64,000 nt of DNA, taken from Oscillospiraceae bacterium (lineage in GTDB: Bacteria > Bacillota > Clostridia > Oscillospirales > CAG-272). The stretch spans positions 13,043-77,042 of the forward strand of contig SVRZ01000006.1 in the NCBI GenBank assembly GCA_015064555.1, in the 5' to 3' direction. Position 1 is the stretch's first letter. Each line of letters opens with the position of its first letter. Both the position numbers and the translations under genes were made by a program. Shown here piece by piece: positions 1 through 10,249 of the stretch. The notes under the pieces were generated by a model that was not told the origin of the DNA, did not search any database, and was given only the letters and a program-made list of their open reading frames with translations.

Positions 1-706
1 CAAATGGGCATCGGAGATGCAGGAGGATACCGTTCGTCTCGGACTTGATAAGCAGGATGCATCCGTCGAGGAATCGGGCGAGAAGCGCTCGCTTTCCAAG
101 GCAGAGTTCAGATCGCTTATGCTCATCCTTGCGTCGGTCGCGCTCTGGTATATCGGCTACAATTCCATAACCAGTAAGTACTCGGTATACGCGATGAACG
201 TTCTTTACTTCGACTTCAACTTCACTCTCATAGTGGCACAGGCTGCGGCTATAGTTTCCTACATTCCCGTCGGTATCGTTGCTTCAAAGATAGGAAGAAG
301 AAAGACTATTCTCGCGGGTATCGTCATGCTTGCATCCGCATTCCTTCTCGGTAACTTTATAAACTTCTCCACTCCCGAATTCGTTATGTATCCCATCTTC
401 GTCCTTGCAGGCATGGGCTGGGCTACGATAAACGTAAACTCCTTCCCGATGGTAGTTGAGCTTGCCAAGGGCGGCGAGGTAGGAAAGTACACAGGCTACT
501 ACTATACCGCATCCATGGCGGCACAGATAGTTGCCCCCATCCTCTCGGGCTTCCTTTACGATATATTCGGAATGAGAGTTATGTTCTTCTCGTTCGGTAC
601 TCTCTTCGTAACGCTTTCCTTCGTCACGATGTTCTTCGTTAAGCACGGAGATTCAACTCCCGAGGCGCAGGGTGCGCTTGAGAGTCTTGCGGGAGCAGAC
701 GACTGA
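1..706 (+). CDS. MFS transporter, C-terminal part (probably 5'-truncated by the window)
   Basis: Multiple TM segments and an MFS motif-A-like GIVASKIGRRK; only about half of a 12-TM MFS is present and the frame is open to the window edge. Confidence 0.8.
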   Translation, partial: KWASEMQEDTVRLGLDKQDASVEESGEKRSLSKAEFRSLMLILASVALWYIGYNSITSKYSVYAMNVLYFDFNFTLIVAQAAAIVSYIPVGIVASKIGRRKTILAGIVMLASAFLLGNFINFSTPEFVMYPIFVLAGMGWATINVNSFPMVVELAKGGEVGKYTGYYYTASMAAQIVAPILSGFLYDIFGMRVMFFSFGTLFVTLSFVTMFFVKHGDSTPEAQGALESLAGADD

Positions 707-723
707 TAACGGAGAATAAGATA

Positions 724-1557
724 ATGCCGATACTTTATATTGCAATACCCGTTCTCCTTCTTCTTGTGGGCTGGATGCTTCTGATAGCTCCGTCAAACAA
801 GAAGGAAATGGAGAGCTTTAAAAAGATAAGATATGCCCACAGAGGTCTGCACGGTGAGGCGGACGGTGTCTTTGCGGCGGAGAATTCGATGACCGCCTTC
901 GCACGCGCCGCCGATGCAGGCTTCGGCATAGAGCTTGACGTCCGCGCATCCAAGGATGGCGTGCTTATGGTGTTCCATGATGCGACGCTTGACAGGGTGA
1001 CAGGGGTGACCGGAAAGGTCGGGGATAAGACTGCGGATGAGCTCCGCGCGCTTTCTCTGCTCGGCACGTCCGACGGTGTACCCACCTTTGCTGACGTTCT
1101 TGAGCTCGTTGACGGTCGCGTTCCGCTTCTCGTTGAGATAAAGCCGGAGGGGGCAGGGCAGCTTGCCGCCGAGCTTACCGCAGAGGCGCTCGCATCCTAC
1201 AGCGGTCCTTACATCGTTGAATCCTTCAATCCGCTCGCTCTCGGAGTTATTAAGAAGAAGCTTCCCGGCGCTATGCGCGGATTCCTCTCGGATAAGCTTA
1301 CCGCAAATGAAAAATATCGTTCCTTCAAGCATAGAATAGCGCAGAGATGCCTTTTGAATTTCATAGCACGTCCTGCGTTCATTTCGGCGAATAAGGATAG
1401 GATAAGGCTGTTTCCTCTCCCTATCATTCGCCACCTCTTCCGCACTCCTTTTATCGCCTGGACGGTCAAGTCCGCCGAGGAGGAGAGGGCTGCATACGAG
1501 AACGGCTTTGATGGAGTTATATTCGAGGATTACATCCCGGGAGAGACCGAAAAATGA
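724..1557 (+). CDS. Glycerophosphodiester phosphodiesterase family protein
   Basis: AHRGL, ENS, GIELDV..SKDG..MVFHD motifs; N-terminal TM anchor. Confidence 0.9.
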   Translation: MPILYIAIPVLLLLVGWMLLIAPSNKKEMESFKKIRYAHRGLHGEADGVFAAENSMTAFARAADAGFGIELDVRASKDGVLMVFHDATLDRVTGVTGKVGDKTADELRALSLLGTSDGVPTFADVLELVDGRVPLLVEIKPEGAGQLAAELTAEALASYSGPYIVESFNPLALGVIKKKLPGAMRGFLSDKLTANEKYRSFKHRIAQRCLLNFIARPAFISANKDRIRLFPLPIIRHLFRTPFIAWTVKSAEEERAAYENGFDGVIFEDYIPGETEK

Positions 1558-2681
1558 AGCTACAGCTCGTTGCAACCTGTCTTTTCGGACTTGAAAAGCT
1601 CCTCGGAGAGGAAATAGATGCGCTCGGCTATGAGCGAATCAGCACCATAGACGGCAGAGTGACCTTCCTCGGCGATGAGGAGGCGATAGCCCTCTCAAAC
1701 GTATTCCTGAGGTACGCCGAGCGAGTGCTCATAAAGGTCGGCTCATTCAGAGCAGAGAGCTTTACCGAGCTTTTTGACGGCACGTACGCGCTCCCGTGGG
1801 GCGATTTCATAGGCAAGCTCGATGCCTTCCCCGTAAAGGGACATTCGATAAAATCCGAGCTTCATTTCATTCCCGACTGTCAGGCAATAATCAAAAAGGC
1901 TATAGTTAAAAAGCTATCCTCGATATACGGAATATCGCTATTCCCCGAGGAGGGTGTTAAATATCAGATAGAGTTCTTCATTCTCAATAACGAGGCGTCG
2001 CTTATGATAGACACCTCGGGTATGCCGCTCCATAAGCGCGGCTACCGCCGTGAGTCAAACGATGCTCCGATAAGAGAAACGCTCGCCGCGGCTATAGCAA
2101 AGACCTCAAGACCGCGCGAGGAGGTTCTTCTTTGGGATCCTATGTGCGGCAGCGGAACGATAGCTATCGAGGCGGCTATGCTTATGAATAACATAGCCCC
2201 CGGAAAAAGCCGTGCCTTCTCTGCAGAGGCGTATCCGTTCATCTCCCGTGAGCATTGGAAAAATGCGAGGGAGGAGGCTCGGGATGGCGAGATAAAAAGC
2301 GGCTTCGAGGTGTTTGCCTCGGATATAGATGCCGCAGCTGTTGCGCTCACCGAAAAAAATGCCGCGAGAGCCGGAGTCGCTGACACGGTCAAGGCTTTCC
2401 GTATGGATGCGCTCGCAATAAGCGCGCCCGGCAGACGTGCCACGATAGTGACCAACCCACCGTATGGAGAAAGACTGCTTGATATCAGGGAGGCGGAGGA
2501 GCTTTACCGCCGTATGGGACGTCATTTCAGGACGCTCGAGCCATGGCAAGCATATATCATAACCTCTCACAAGGGCTTTGAGGCGCTTTACGGCAGACGC
2601 GCCGATAAGGTCAAAAAGCTTTATAACGGTATGATACCCTGCTATCTTTATCAATTCTTCAAAAACACCAAAATCAAGTAA
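1554..2681 (+). CDS. THUMP-domain class I SAM-dependent RNA methyltransferase (RlmL/YpsC-like)
   Basis: LHKRGYR, APIRETLAA, DPMCGSGTIAIE and NPPYG motifs; ATGA overlap with upstream gene. Confidence 0.9.
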   Translation: MKLQLVATCLFGLEKLLGEEIDALGYERISTIDGRVTFLGDEEAIALSNVFLRYAERVLIKVGSFRAESFTELFDGTYALPWGDFIGKLDAFPVKGHSIKSELHFIPDCQAIIKKAIVKKLSSIYGISLFPEEGVKYQIEFFILNNEASLMIDTSGMPLHKRGYRRESNDAPIRETLAAAIAKTSRPREEVLLWDPMCGSGTIAIEAAMLMNNIAPGKSRAFSAEAYPFISREHWKNAREEARDGEIKSGFEVFASDIDAAAVALTEKNAARAGVADTVKAFRMDALAISAPGRRATIVTNPPYGERLLDIREAEELYRRMGRHFRTLEPWQAYIITSHKGFEALYGRRADKVKKLYNGMIPCYLYQFFKNTKIK

Positions 2682-2735
2682 AACCGCATACCCGTGTTAA
2701 CGGGAGAACAAAATATACATCAGGGAGAAAAGAAA

Positions 2736-4523
2736 ATGAATACTGAAAAACACATTCCGAGAAACGAATATCCCCGTCCGAATCTTGTGCGTAGCGAGTG
2801 GCTCTGTCTGAACGGCGAGTGGGATTTTAAGATCGATAACTCTCTTTCCGGAGAGGCGCTTGACTATAAGCTTTCTCACAAATTTGACCGGAAAATAATC
2901 CTTCCGTTCTGTCCCGAAAGCTCTCTTTCCGGCATCGGAAATATTGATTATATGAACTGCGTCTGGTATAAAAGAGAGGTGCAGATACCCGAAGGCTGGG
3001 CAGACAAGAGAGTAATACTTCATATAGGCGCATCCGATTGGGAAACCAAGGTCTTTGTGAACGGAAGGCAGGTTACCATGCACAGAGGCGGATATACTCC
3101 CATAAGAGTCGATATCACCTCCTCTCTGAAGCCCGAGGGCAACGTGATCGCTATCGAGGCGAAGGACGACGTCCGCTCCGGGAAGCAGCTCGCGGGTAAG
3201 CAGTCGGTGGAATATGCATCGCGTGGATGCAAGTACACAAGAACCACCGGTATCTGGCAGACTGTTTGGCTTGAGTCGGTAGATGCGGCACATATTGTAA
3301 ACTATGGTGTGCAAACCAACATAGATATTCCTTCTGTTTCATTTGATGTGACCGTGAGTGAGGCGGCATTCGGTAAGACACTTCTTGCTGAAATTTCTTA
3401 CGAGGGTAAAAAGGTAGGAAGCGTTGCATCCACCGTTTGCTCCGAGCAGGTGAACCTTAGCACATCACTCGATGAGAAGCACCTTTGGGAGGTTGGCTGC
3501 GGCAGACTTTATGACGTGAAGTTCACCCTGTCGGACGGTGAGACGGTGCTTGATTTTGCAGATGCTTACTTCGGTCTTCGCTCGTTTGCGGTAACCAAGG
3601 AGGGCTTCTTCCTTAACGGTAAGTACGTATTCGGCAGATTTGTTCTTGATCAGGGCTTCTATCCCGACGGTATATACACGGCACCCACCGATGAGGCTCT
3701 TCGCCGCGATATCGAGGATTCGATGGCACTCGGCTTCAACGGTGCAAGACTCCATCAGAAGGTATTCGAGCCGAGATTCCTCTATCACGCAGATAAGCTC
3801 GGATATATGCTCTGGGGCGAGAACGGCAACTGGGGCTGGGATCATTCGGATGACATGAACGTATATAACTTTATCCCCGAGTGGCTTGAGGAGATAGAGC
3901 GTGATAAGGCACATCCCTCCGTCATCGGCTGGTGTCCTCTCAACGAGACCTGGGACAGACCGAACGGTGCCCGTATGAGCGATACGCTTGCTTCTATGAT
4001 ATATGAGGTCACCCGTGCGAAGGATCCCACAAGACCTGTTATAATGAACAGCGGCTCGGTAGCATCCTTCAACGTTGCGGGCGAGATGCTCGGATGCCTC
4101 TTTGATATCCACGATTATCAGCAGGAGCCCGAAAAATTCGCTACTGTATTCGAGGACATCGACAAAGGACTTGTAAAGGATCAGCTTTACAGGAATTCCA
4201 TCTACAGCAAGCGTCATAAGTTCGATCCCTCCAAGACTATATTTGTCAGCGAATACGGCGGAATAGGCTGGGTAGAGGACGGAACCGGCTGGGGCTACGG
4301 TGCCTCGGTAAAGACCAAGGAGGAGTTCCTTGAAAGACTTGAGGGGCTTACCGCGGTCATCAGAGAGGACGCGCATCTTTGCGGATTCTGCTACACCCAG
4401 CTTTACGACGTTGAGCAGGAGCAGAACGGAATTCTTACATACTCAAGAAAGTTCAAGTTCGAGAAGGAAAAGATAGCGGCTATTTTCGGAGCTCCCTCGG
4501 TAAAGGAAAGAGAATCGAAATAA
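2736..4523 (+). CDS. Glycoside hydrolase family 2 (beta-galactosidase/glucuronidase-like)
   Basis: YPRP..VR..W..LNG.W.F, TGIWQTVWLE, LDQG.YPDG, W.PLNE (acid/base) and SEYGG (nucleophile) motifs; start set to the ATG after the GGGAG RBS. Confidence 0.9.
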   Translation: MNTEKHIPRNEYPRPNLVRSEWLCLNGEWDFKIDNSLSGEALDYKLSHKFDRKIILPFCPESSLSGIGNIDYMNCVWYKREVQIPEGWADKRVILHIGASDWETKVFVNGRQVTMHRGGYTPIRVDITSSLKPEGNVIAIEAKDDVRSGKQLAGKQSVEYASRGCKYTRTTGIWQTVWLESVDAAHIVNYGVQTNIDIPSVSFDVTVSEAAFGKTLLAEISYEGKKVGSVASTVCSEQVNLSTSLDEKHLWEVGCGRLYDVKFTLSDGETVLDFADAYFGLRSFAVTKEGFFLNGKYVFGRFVLDQGFYPDGIYTAPTDEALRRDIEDSMALGFNGARLHQKVFEPRFLYHADKLGYMLWGENGNWGWDHSDDMNVYNFIPEWLEEIERDKAHPSVIGWCPLNETWDRPNGARMSDTLASMIYEVTRAKDPTRPVIMNSGSVASFNVAGEMLGCLFDIHDYQQEPEKFATVFEDIDKGLVKDQLYRNSIYSKRHKFDPSKTIFVSEYGGIGWVEDGTGWGYGASVKTKEEFLERLEGLTAVIREDAHLCGFCYTQLYDVEQEQNGILTYSRKFKFEKEKIAAIFGAPSVKERESK

Positions 4524-4572
4524 ATTGTTTCAAAGTTATTTTGCGTTTGTTAATAGCTTTTTCACAAAAGGA

Positions 4573-4581
4573 TGCTATAAT
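4573..4581 (+). promoter_or_regulatory. Extended -10 promoter of the htrA-like gene
   Basis: TGcTATAAT; no canonical -35. Confidence 0.5.
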
Positions 4582-4594
4582 AACATCGTAAATC

Positions 4595-4688
4595 AGCGCA
4601 GGAGAATTCGGCATCATCCATACCGAGGATATCTCTGTTAAGACAAGAAATCTTCGGTATCACGGTGCTTTTGCCGGTCTTCCGCGCT
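4595..4688 (+). other. Long irregular RNA hairpin in the htrA 5' UTR
   Basis: Nested pairings AGCGC/GCGCT, GGAGA/TCTTCC, CGGCA/TGCCG, ATACCGAGGAT/ATCTTCGGTAT. Confidence 0.6.
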
Positions 4689-4724
4689 AAATAAACTGTG
4701 AGGCTTTTACATAACGGAGGAATT

Positions 4725-6017
4725 ATGAAACTTAAATTCAAACTAATAATATCGGCGGTGCTGCTGATATCCGTCCTGACACTCAGCTCGTGCGGTCTTG
4801 TGAACATGGGCTCATCCGTCAATTCGGAAAAATATCTCACCGAGGATGACGTAAACAAGCTTATGAGCGGCATCAATCAGAACGTGACCGTCAACGGCGG
4901 TGACAGCTATGATATAACGATAGAGTCACAGCATAGCGAAACGGTGCATGCTGCAAGCAAGGCTCTGCTTTCTGCGGTCAGTATCAAATCCGAATTTGAG
5001 ATAACCAAAACGCAGTATCCTATATTCGGACTTCCGGGCAACACCTATCAGGACGTTCAGACGGGCTACGGCTCGGGTGTTATTTATTCGCTTGATAAGA
5101 ATGCCGGAAATGCGTATATAATCACCAATTATCACGTGGTATACTATCCGGGCTGTGATACCGAGAATGACATCAGCGATAATATCACCGTCTATCTTTA
5201 CGGTCAGGAATATGAAAAATATGCTATCCACGCAGAGTATGTCGGCGGTTCTATGAACTACGATATCGCAGTCCTCCGCGTGAAGAACAGTAACGTTTTG
5301 CGCGAGAGCAATGCCGTAGCCGCTACCTTCGCCGATTCAAATGACGTCAGCGTGCTCGATACGGCGATAGCGATAGGAAATGCCGAGGCACTCGGTATTT
5401 CGGCAACCGTAGGTGCGGTAAACGTTGAGAGTGAGGCACTCTCTATGCTCGGAGCCGACGGTGCAACTGTAGTCAATCTGCGCGTTATCAGAATAGATGC
5501 GGCGGTAAACGGCGGTAACTCGGGCGGCGGTCTTTTCAATGACCGCGGTGAGATAATAGGAATAGTCAATGCCAAGATCACTCACAGCAGCATTGATAAT
5601 ATAGGCTATGCGATCCCATCGAACGTTGCAAAGTACGTTGCCGACAATATCATCTATTACGATAATCAGGATGCAAAGAACGACAGCGTTTACAGAATGA
5701 TGATAGGAATAACCGTAGGTGTTGAATCTGCGGGCACCGTATACGATACCGAGGAAGGCAAGCTGCATAAGTATGAGAAGGTAAAGGTCGAGAGCATGAC
5801 CGATGGCGGCCCCGCAAGCGGAAAGCTCATGGCAGGTGATATAATAAACAAGGTCATAGTTGACGGTGTTGAGTATGATATTGTAAGAACCTTCAACGTG
5901 GTGGACGTTATGCTTACCGCAAGGCAGAACAGTGTGGTCGTTTTCGAGGTAACGCGCGGCACGGAAAACCTCAGGATCGAAATAGATCTTTCCGGTATAA
6001 CACCCGCTCCGTATTGA
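4725..6017 (+). CDS. HtrA/DegP-family trypsin-like serine protease with PDZ domain, predicted lipoprotein
   Basis: Triad motifs TNYHVV, DIAVL and GGNSGG; C-terminal PDZ-like region; LSSC lipobox; GGAGG RBS at 4716. Confidence 0.9.
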   Translation: MKLKFKLIISAVLLISVLTLSSCGLVNMGSSVNSEKYLTEDDVNKLMSGINQNVTVNGGDSYDITIESQHSETVHAASKALLSAVSIKSEFEITKTQYPIFGLPGNTYQDVQTGYGSGVIYSLDKNAGNAYIITNYHVVYYPGCDTENDISDNITVYLYGQEYEKYAIHAEYVGGSMNYDIAVLRVKNSNVLRESNAVAATFADSNDVSVLDTAIAIGNAEALGISATVGAVNVESEALSMLGADGATVVNLRVIRIDAAVNGGNSGGGLFNDRGEIIGIVNAKITHSSIDNIGYAIPSNVAKYVADNIIYYDNQDAKNDSVYRMMIGITVGVESAGTVYDTEEGKLHKYEKVKVESMTDGGPASGKLMAGDIINKVIVDGVEYDIVRTFNVVDVMLTARQNSVVVFEVTRGTENLRIEIDLSGITPAPY

Positions 6018-6043
6018 TAACGGCATTGTCACCGTTAAACCCG

Positions 6044-6099
6044 ATAAAAGCAAATTCCCGAAGCTCCGGAATGGAAGCTTTTAGGGAATTTGCTTTTAT
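6044..6099 (+). terminator. Intrinsic terminator
   Basis: ATAAAAGCAAATTCCC...GGGAATTTGCTTTTAT inverted repeat. Confidence 0.8.
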
Positions 6100-6126
6100 T
6101 TTATAAAATAAAAATCTCAAAAGCAC

Positions 6127-6155
6127 TTGACTGGGCGCGCAATTTGTGGCATACT
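6127..6155 (+). promoter_or_regulatory. Sigma-A promoter of the glpA-like operon
   Basis: TTGACT-17-CATACT with TG extension. Confidence 0.6.
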
Positions 6156-6200
6156 ATAGGGGTGATTTAAAGTATTACCAAAAACAAGGAGATAAGGGCA

Positions 6201-7631
6201 ATGAAGAATGTTGTCATAATCGGTGCCGGCGTTATCGGCGGTGCTGTGGCAAGAGAGCTTTCAAAATATGAGCTTGAAATTTGTATTCTTGAAAAGGAAT
6301 CGGACGTTGCTATGGGTGCAACGCGTGCCAACAGCGCTATAGTCCATGCGGGCTTTGATGCCAAGGAGGGAACGCTCAAGGCTAAAATGAACGTCCGCGG
6401 CTCTGAGATGATGGAGGATTACGCCGCCGAGCTCGGAGTCAAGTATAAAAGAAACGGCTCTCTTGTAGTCGGATTTTCGGATGAGGATAAGGCTACTCTT
6501 GAGGAGCTTCGCGTAAGAGGTGAGAAGAACGGTGTGCCGGGGCTTCGCGTTCTTGACCGTGAGCAGATACTCGAGCTCGAGCCGAATATAGGAGAGGGAG
6601 TTACCTGCGCGCTCCACGCGCCTACGGGTGCTATCATATGCCCCTATGAGCTTTGCATGGCAGAGATAGGAAACGCTATGGATAACGGTGCTGCTCTCAA
6701 GCTTAATTTTGAGGTAAAGAGCATCGAGAAATGCGACGGCGGATACAAGATATCCTCGGATAAAGAGAGTGTTTATGCCGATTACGTTATAAACTGTGCC
6801 GGTGTTTATTCTGATGTGGTCGCGGCAATGGCGGGTAACGGCGGATTTGAAGTTATCCCCAGGCGCGGAGAATATATGCTGCTTGATAAGGAATGCGGCT
6901 CGCTCGTTTCGCACACAATATTCCGTTGTCCCTCCAAGATGGGAAAGGGAATACTCGTTTCTCCCACCGTGGACGGAAACCTTCTTCTCGGTCCTACTGC
7001 GGAGAATATTGAGGACAAGACGGATAAGTCGACTACTGCAGCAGGTCTTGCAAAGGTAAGGATGCAGGCAGGCGAGCAGGTTAAGGGAATCAATTTCGGT
7101 AAGATCATAACCTCCTTCACAGGTCTCAGAAGCGTCGGCTCTACCGGTGACTTTATAATAACCGAGAAGGACGGATTTGTAAACTGCGCGGGTATCGAGA
7201 GTCCCGGTCTTTCATCGGCTCCCGCAATAGGCGAGTATGTAAGAGATCTTCTTTCGGGAGCAGGACTTGAGCTTGTAAAGAAGGAGAGCTTCGACGGAAG
7301 CCGCCGTCCTATGCACTATTTCAAGGAATGTACCGATGAGGAGAAAAACGCGATAATCGCACGCGATCCCTCCTATGCGCACATAATATGCCGCTGTGAG
7401 ATGACCAGCGAGGGCGAGATAGTCGAGGCGATACGCACCAATCCCGGTGCCACCGACCTTGACGGTGTCAAGAGAAGAACGAGATCGGGAATGGGAAGAT
7501 GTCAGGGCGGCTTCTGCTCACCTTACGTTGTTGAGATATTGGCGCGCGAGCTCGGATGCGATTATACCGAGATAACCAAATTCGGCGGCGAGTCCTATAT
7601 AAATATAGGAAAGACCAAGGAGGTCAGATGA
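6201..7631 (+). CDS. FAD-dependent oxidoreductase, glycerol-3-phosphate dehydrogenase/LhgO-like, with C-terminal BFD-like [2Fe-2S] domain
   Basis: GAGVIG, ANSAIVHAG, GIESPGLS, CRCE...RTRSGMGRCQGGFC motifs. Confidence 0.88.
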   Translation: MKNVVIIGAGVIGGAVARELSKYELEICILEKESDVAMGATRANSAIVHAGFDAKEGTLKAKMNVRGSEMMEDYAAELGVKYKRNGSLVVGFSDEDKATLEELRVRGEKNGVPGLRVLDREQILELEPNIGEGVTCALHAPTGAIICPYELCMAEIGNAMDNGAALKLNFEVKSIEKCDGGYKISSDKESVYADYVINCAGVYSDVVAAMAGNGGFEVIPRRGEYMLLDKECGSLVSHTIFRCPSKMGKGILVSPTVDGNLLLGPTAENIEDKTDKSTTAAGLAKVRMQAGEQVKGINFGKIITSFTGLRSVGSTGDFIITEKDGFVNCAGIESPGLSSAPAIGEYVRDLLSGAGLELVKKESFDGSRRPMHYFKECTDEEKNAIIARDPSYAHIICRCEMTSEGEIVEAIRTNPGATDLDGVKRRTRSGMGRCQGGFCSPYVVEILARELGCDYTEITKFGGESYINIGKTKEVR

Positions 7632-8899
7632 TGAATAGTAAGACTGTGAATGAATTCAACTGCGAGCTCGTCATTATAGGCGGCGGCCCTGCAGGTATGG
7701 CGGCGGCTGTTGCCGCATATGAGGACGGTCTTCGTGACATACTTATTCTTGAGCGCGATGACAATCTCGGCGGTATTCTCCGTCAGTGCATACATAACGG
7801 CTTCGGTCTTCACCGCTTCGGTGAGGAGCTTACAGGTCCCGAGTATGCCTACAGATATGAGAAGATGGTAAGGGAGTACGGAATTCCCTTTATGACCGAC
7901 ACTATGGTAACCTCCGTGTCATCCGACAGAGTAGTTACCGCGCAGAACTGTGAGCGAGGAATCTTTAAGGTTCGTGCGGGTGCGATCATCCTGGCTATGG
8001 GCTGCAGAGAGCGTCCGAAGGGAGCACTCAATATTGCAGGACACCGCCCCGCAGGTATATATACTGCCGGAACGGCTCAGAAATTCGTCAATATGAAGGG
8101 CTATATGCCGGGTAAGGAGGTCGTTATCCTCGGCTCGGGCGATATAGGACTTATCATGGCAAGAAGAATGACGCTTGAGGGTGCAAATGTAAAGGCGGTA
8201 TGCGAGCTTATGCCGTATTCGGGCGGTCTTGCAAGAAATATCGAGCAGTGTCTTAAAGACTACGGCATTCCGCTTATGCTCAGCCACACCGTAGTCGAAA
8301 TACACGGTAAGGACAGACTTACGGGTGTTACCATCGCCAAGGTAGACGAGAATCGCAGACCTATCCCCGAAACATTTGAATATATCGCGTGCGATACTCT
8401 CCTTCTTTCCTGCGGACTCATTCCCGAAAACGAGCTTACTAAGGCGGCGGGAATAGCTCTTGACAGAATTACGAACGGTGCTGTGGTGAACGGCAACCGT
8501 GAAACAGCGGCAGAGGGCATATTCGCCTGCGGAAACGTTCTTCACGTTCACGATCTTGTTGACTACGTTTCGGAGGAGGCGGCGATCGCGGGACACGCGG
8601 CCGTGCGCTTCATAAGAGGCGAGGTCGATAAAAGCCTTTCTTTATCGCTTGAAACCGATGGCAAGGTACGCTACACCGTTCCGCAGAGAATAACCGAGCT
8701 TGCCGATACCAAGATATACTTCCGCGTTGCAGACGTTTACCGCGATATGAAGGTTACCGTAAAGGCAGGCGATAAGGTTCTTTATCAGAAGAAAAAGCAG
8801 AAGCTTGCTCCCGGTGAGATGGAGACCGTTCTTCTGACAGAGGATATGTTAAGGGAAGCGGCGGCGCTTTCCGATAAGCTTGAGATAAGTCTTGTATAA
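7628..8899 (+). CDS. Pyridine nucleotide-disulfide family FAD/NAD oxidoreductase (usual GlpA-like partner)
   Basis: GGGPAG, GGILRQCIHNGFG, GSGDIG and GNVLHVHDLVD motifs; ATG overlaps the upstream stop. Confidence 0.88.
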   Translation: MMNSKTVNEFNCELVIIGGGPAGMAAAVAAYEDGLRDILILERDDNLGGILRQCIHNGFGLHRFGEELTGPEYAYRYEKMVREYGIPFMTDTMVTSVSSDRVVTAQNCERGIFKVRAGAIILAMGCRERPKGALNIAGHRPAGIYTAGTAQKFVNMKGYMPGKEVVILGSGDIGLIMARRMTLEGANVKAVCELMPYSGGLARNIEQCLKDYGIPLMLSHTVVEIHGKDRLTGVTIAKVDENRRPIPETFEYIACDTLLLSCGLIPENELTKAAGIALDRITNGAVVNGNRETAAEGIFACGNVLHVHDLVDYVSEEAAIAGHAAVRFIRGEVDKSLSLSLETDGKVRYTVPQRITELADTKIYFRVADVYRDMKVTVKAGDKVLYQKKKQKLAPGEMETVLLTEDMLREAAALSDKLEISLV

Positions 8900-8913
8900 C
8901 GGAGGTTACGTAA

Positions 8914-9273
8914 ATGAAAACAAGAGAGCTTACATGTATAGTTTGCCCCAGGGGCTGTGATCTTATAGCAGAGCTTGACGATAACGGAACTCCGATACGT
9001 GTCACGGGAAATCTCTGCCCAAGAGGAAAGACCTACGCAGAAAACGAATGCACAAATCCTCAGCGTGTTGTTACCACCACCGTAAGATGCGAGGACGGAT
9101 GCGTCGTGAGCTGCAAGACGAATACCACCATTCCGAAGTCGCTCGTTCTCGAGGCGATGAAGGTCATAAACTCAACAGTCGCTCCGGCGGAGTTAGCCAT
9201 AGGTGATGTGATAATTGAGAATATTCTGGGCACGGGTGCTGACGTTGTTGCAACCGGCCGTAAATCGATATGA
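8914..9273 (+). CDS. DUF1667 family Cys-rich protein
   Basis: CIVCPRGC...GNLCPRG..YA..E...P.R; typical third gene of this cluster. Confidence 0.85.
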   Translation: MKTRELTCIVCPRGCDLIAELDDNGTPIRVTGNLCPRGKTYAENECTNPQRVVTTTVRCEDGCVVSCKTNTTIPKSLVLEAMKVINSTVAPAELAIGDVIIENILGTGADVVATGRKSI

Positions 9274-9290
9274 TTTTTGAAAGGGAAAAT

Positions 9291-10163
9291 ATGTCAAAGG
9301 TATATTTCACAAAAGAAATAACTCCCGAATCTGTTCTTCGTCTTTACGAGAAGCTGATGGAGGAAAGAGGCGCGGAGCTTACCGCTCCCGTAGCTGTAAA
9401 GGTCCATTCGGGTGAGGTCGGAAATCAGAACTTCCTTCGTCCGGAATTCTTTGCGCCCGTGATTGAAAGATGCGGCGGTGTCGTTACCGAGTGTAATACG
9501 GCGTATGACGGCGGCAGAGATACCACCGCAAAGCACGTTAAGACGCTTAAAAAGCATGGCTGGAGCGAGATGTTCGAGGTCGATCTTCTCGATGCCGAGG
9601 GGCCGGATCTTTGCCTTCCTATAGATGGCGGTAAGGTTATAGATAAGAACTACGTCGGAAAGAATATAACGAAGTATGAATCGGTGCTTATCCTTTCGCA
9701 CTTCAAGGGACATCCTATGGGCGGCTTCGGCGGTGCGCTCAAGCAGCTTTCGATAGGTTTTGCATCCTCCTACGGAAAGAAGTATATCCACGGCTCGGGC
9801 GACCCTGTGACCTCCTTTGCGGGCGATCACGATAGCTTCCTTGCATCCATGGCGGATGCGGCAAGCTCTGTTGTCGATATGTTTTGGGGAAATGCCGCGT
9901 ATATAAACGTTATGAAGAATATGTCGGTCGATTGCGACTGCTGTGCGGTTGCCGAGGATCCTTGCATCGCTGATATAGGTGTTCTTGCAAGTCTTGATCC
10001 CGTCGCTCTTGATAAGGCGTGCGTTGACCTTGTCTACGCGTGCGACGATAAGGGTAAGGGACATCTTATCGAGCGCATAGAATCGAGAAATGGAAAGTAC
10101 ACTATTGAATGCGCGGAAGCACTTGGTATAGGAACTACCGAGTATGAGATTATCGAAATCTGA
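9291..10163 (+). CDS. DUF362 family putative Fe-S protein
   Basis: VAVKVHSGE, SHFKGH.MGGFGGALK, DCDC and DPVALDKAC motifs. Confidence 0.8.
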   Translation: MSKVYFTKEITPESVLRLYEKLMEERGAELTAPVAVKVHSGEVGNQNFLRPEFFAPVIERCGGVVTECNTAYDGGRDTTAKHVKTLKKHGWSEMFEVDLLDAEGPDLCLPIDGGKVIDKNYVGKNITKYESVLILSHFKGHPMGGFGGALKQLSIGFASSYGKKYIHGSGDPVTSFAGDHDSFLASMADAASSVVDMFWGNAAYINVMKNMSVDCDCCAVAEDPCIADIGVLASLDPVALDKACVDLVYACDDKGKGHLIERIESRNGKYTIECAEALGIGTTEYEIIEI

Positions 10164-10249
10164 CAACTATTGTTAGCAAATACGCGTTGTTTTGCCGTGT
10201 TTCATAGACAAAACAGCGCGTATTGTGTTTCTCCGAAGGAGGAGTATAT

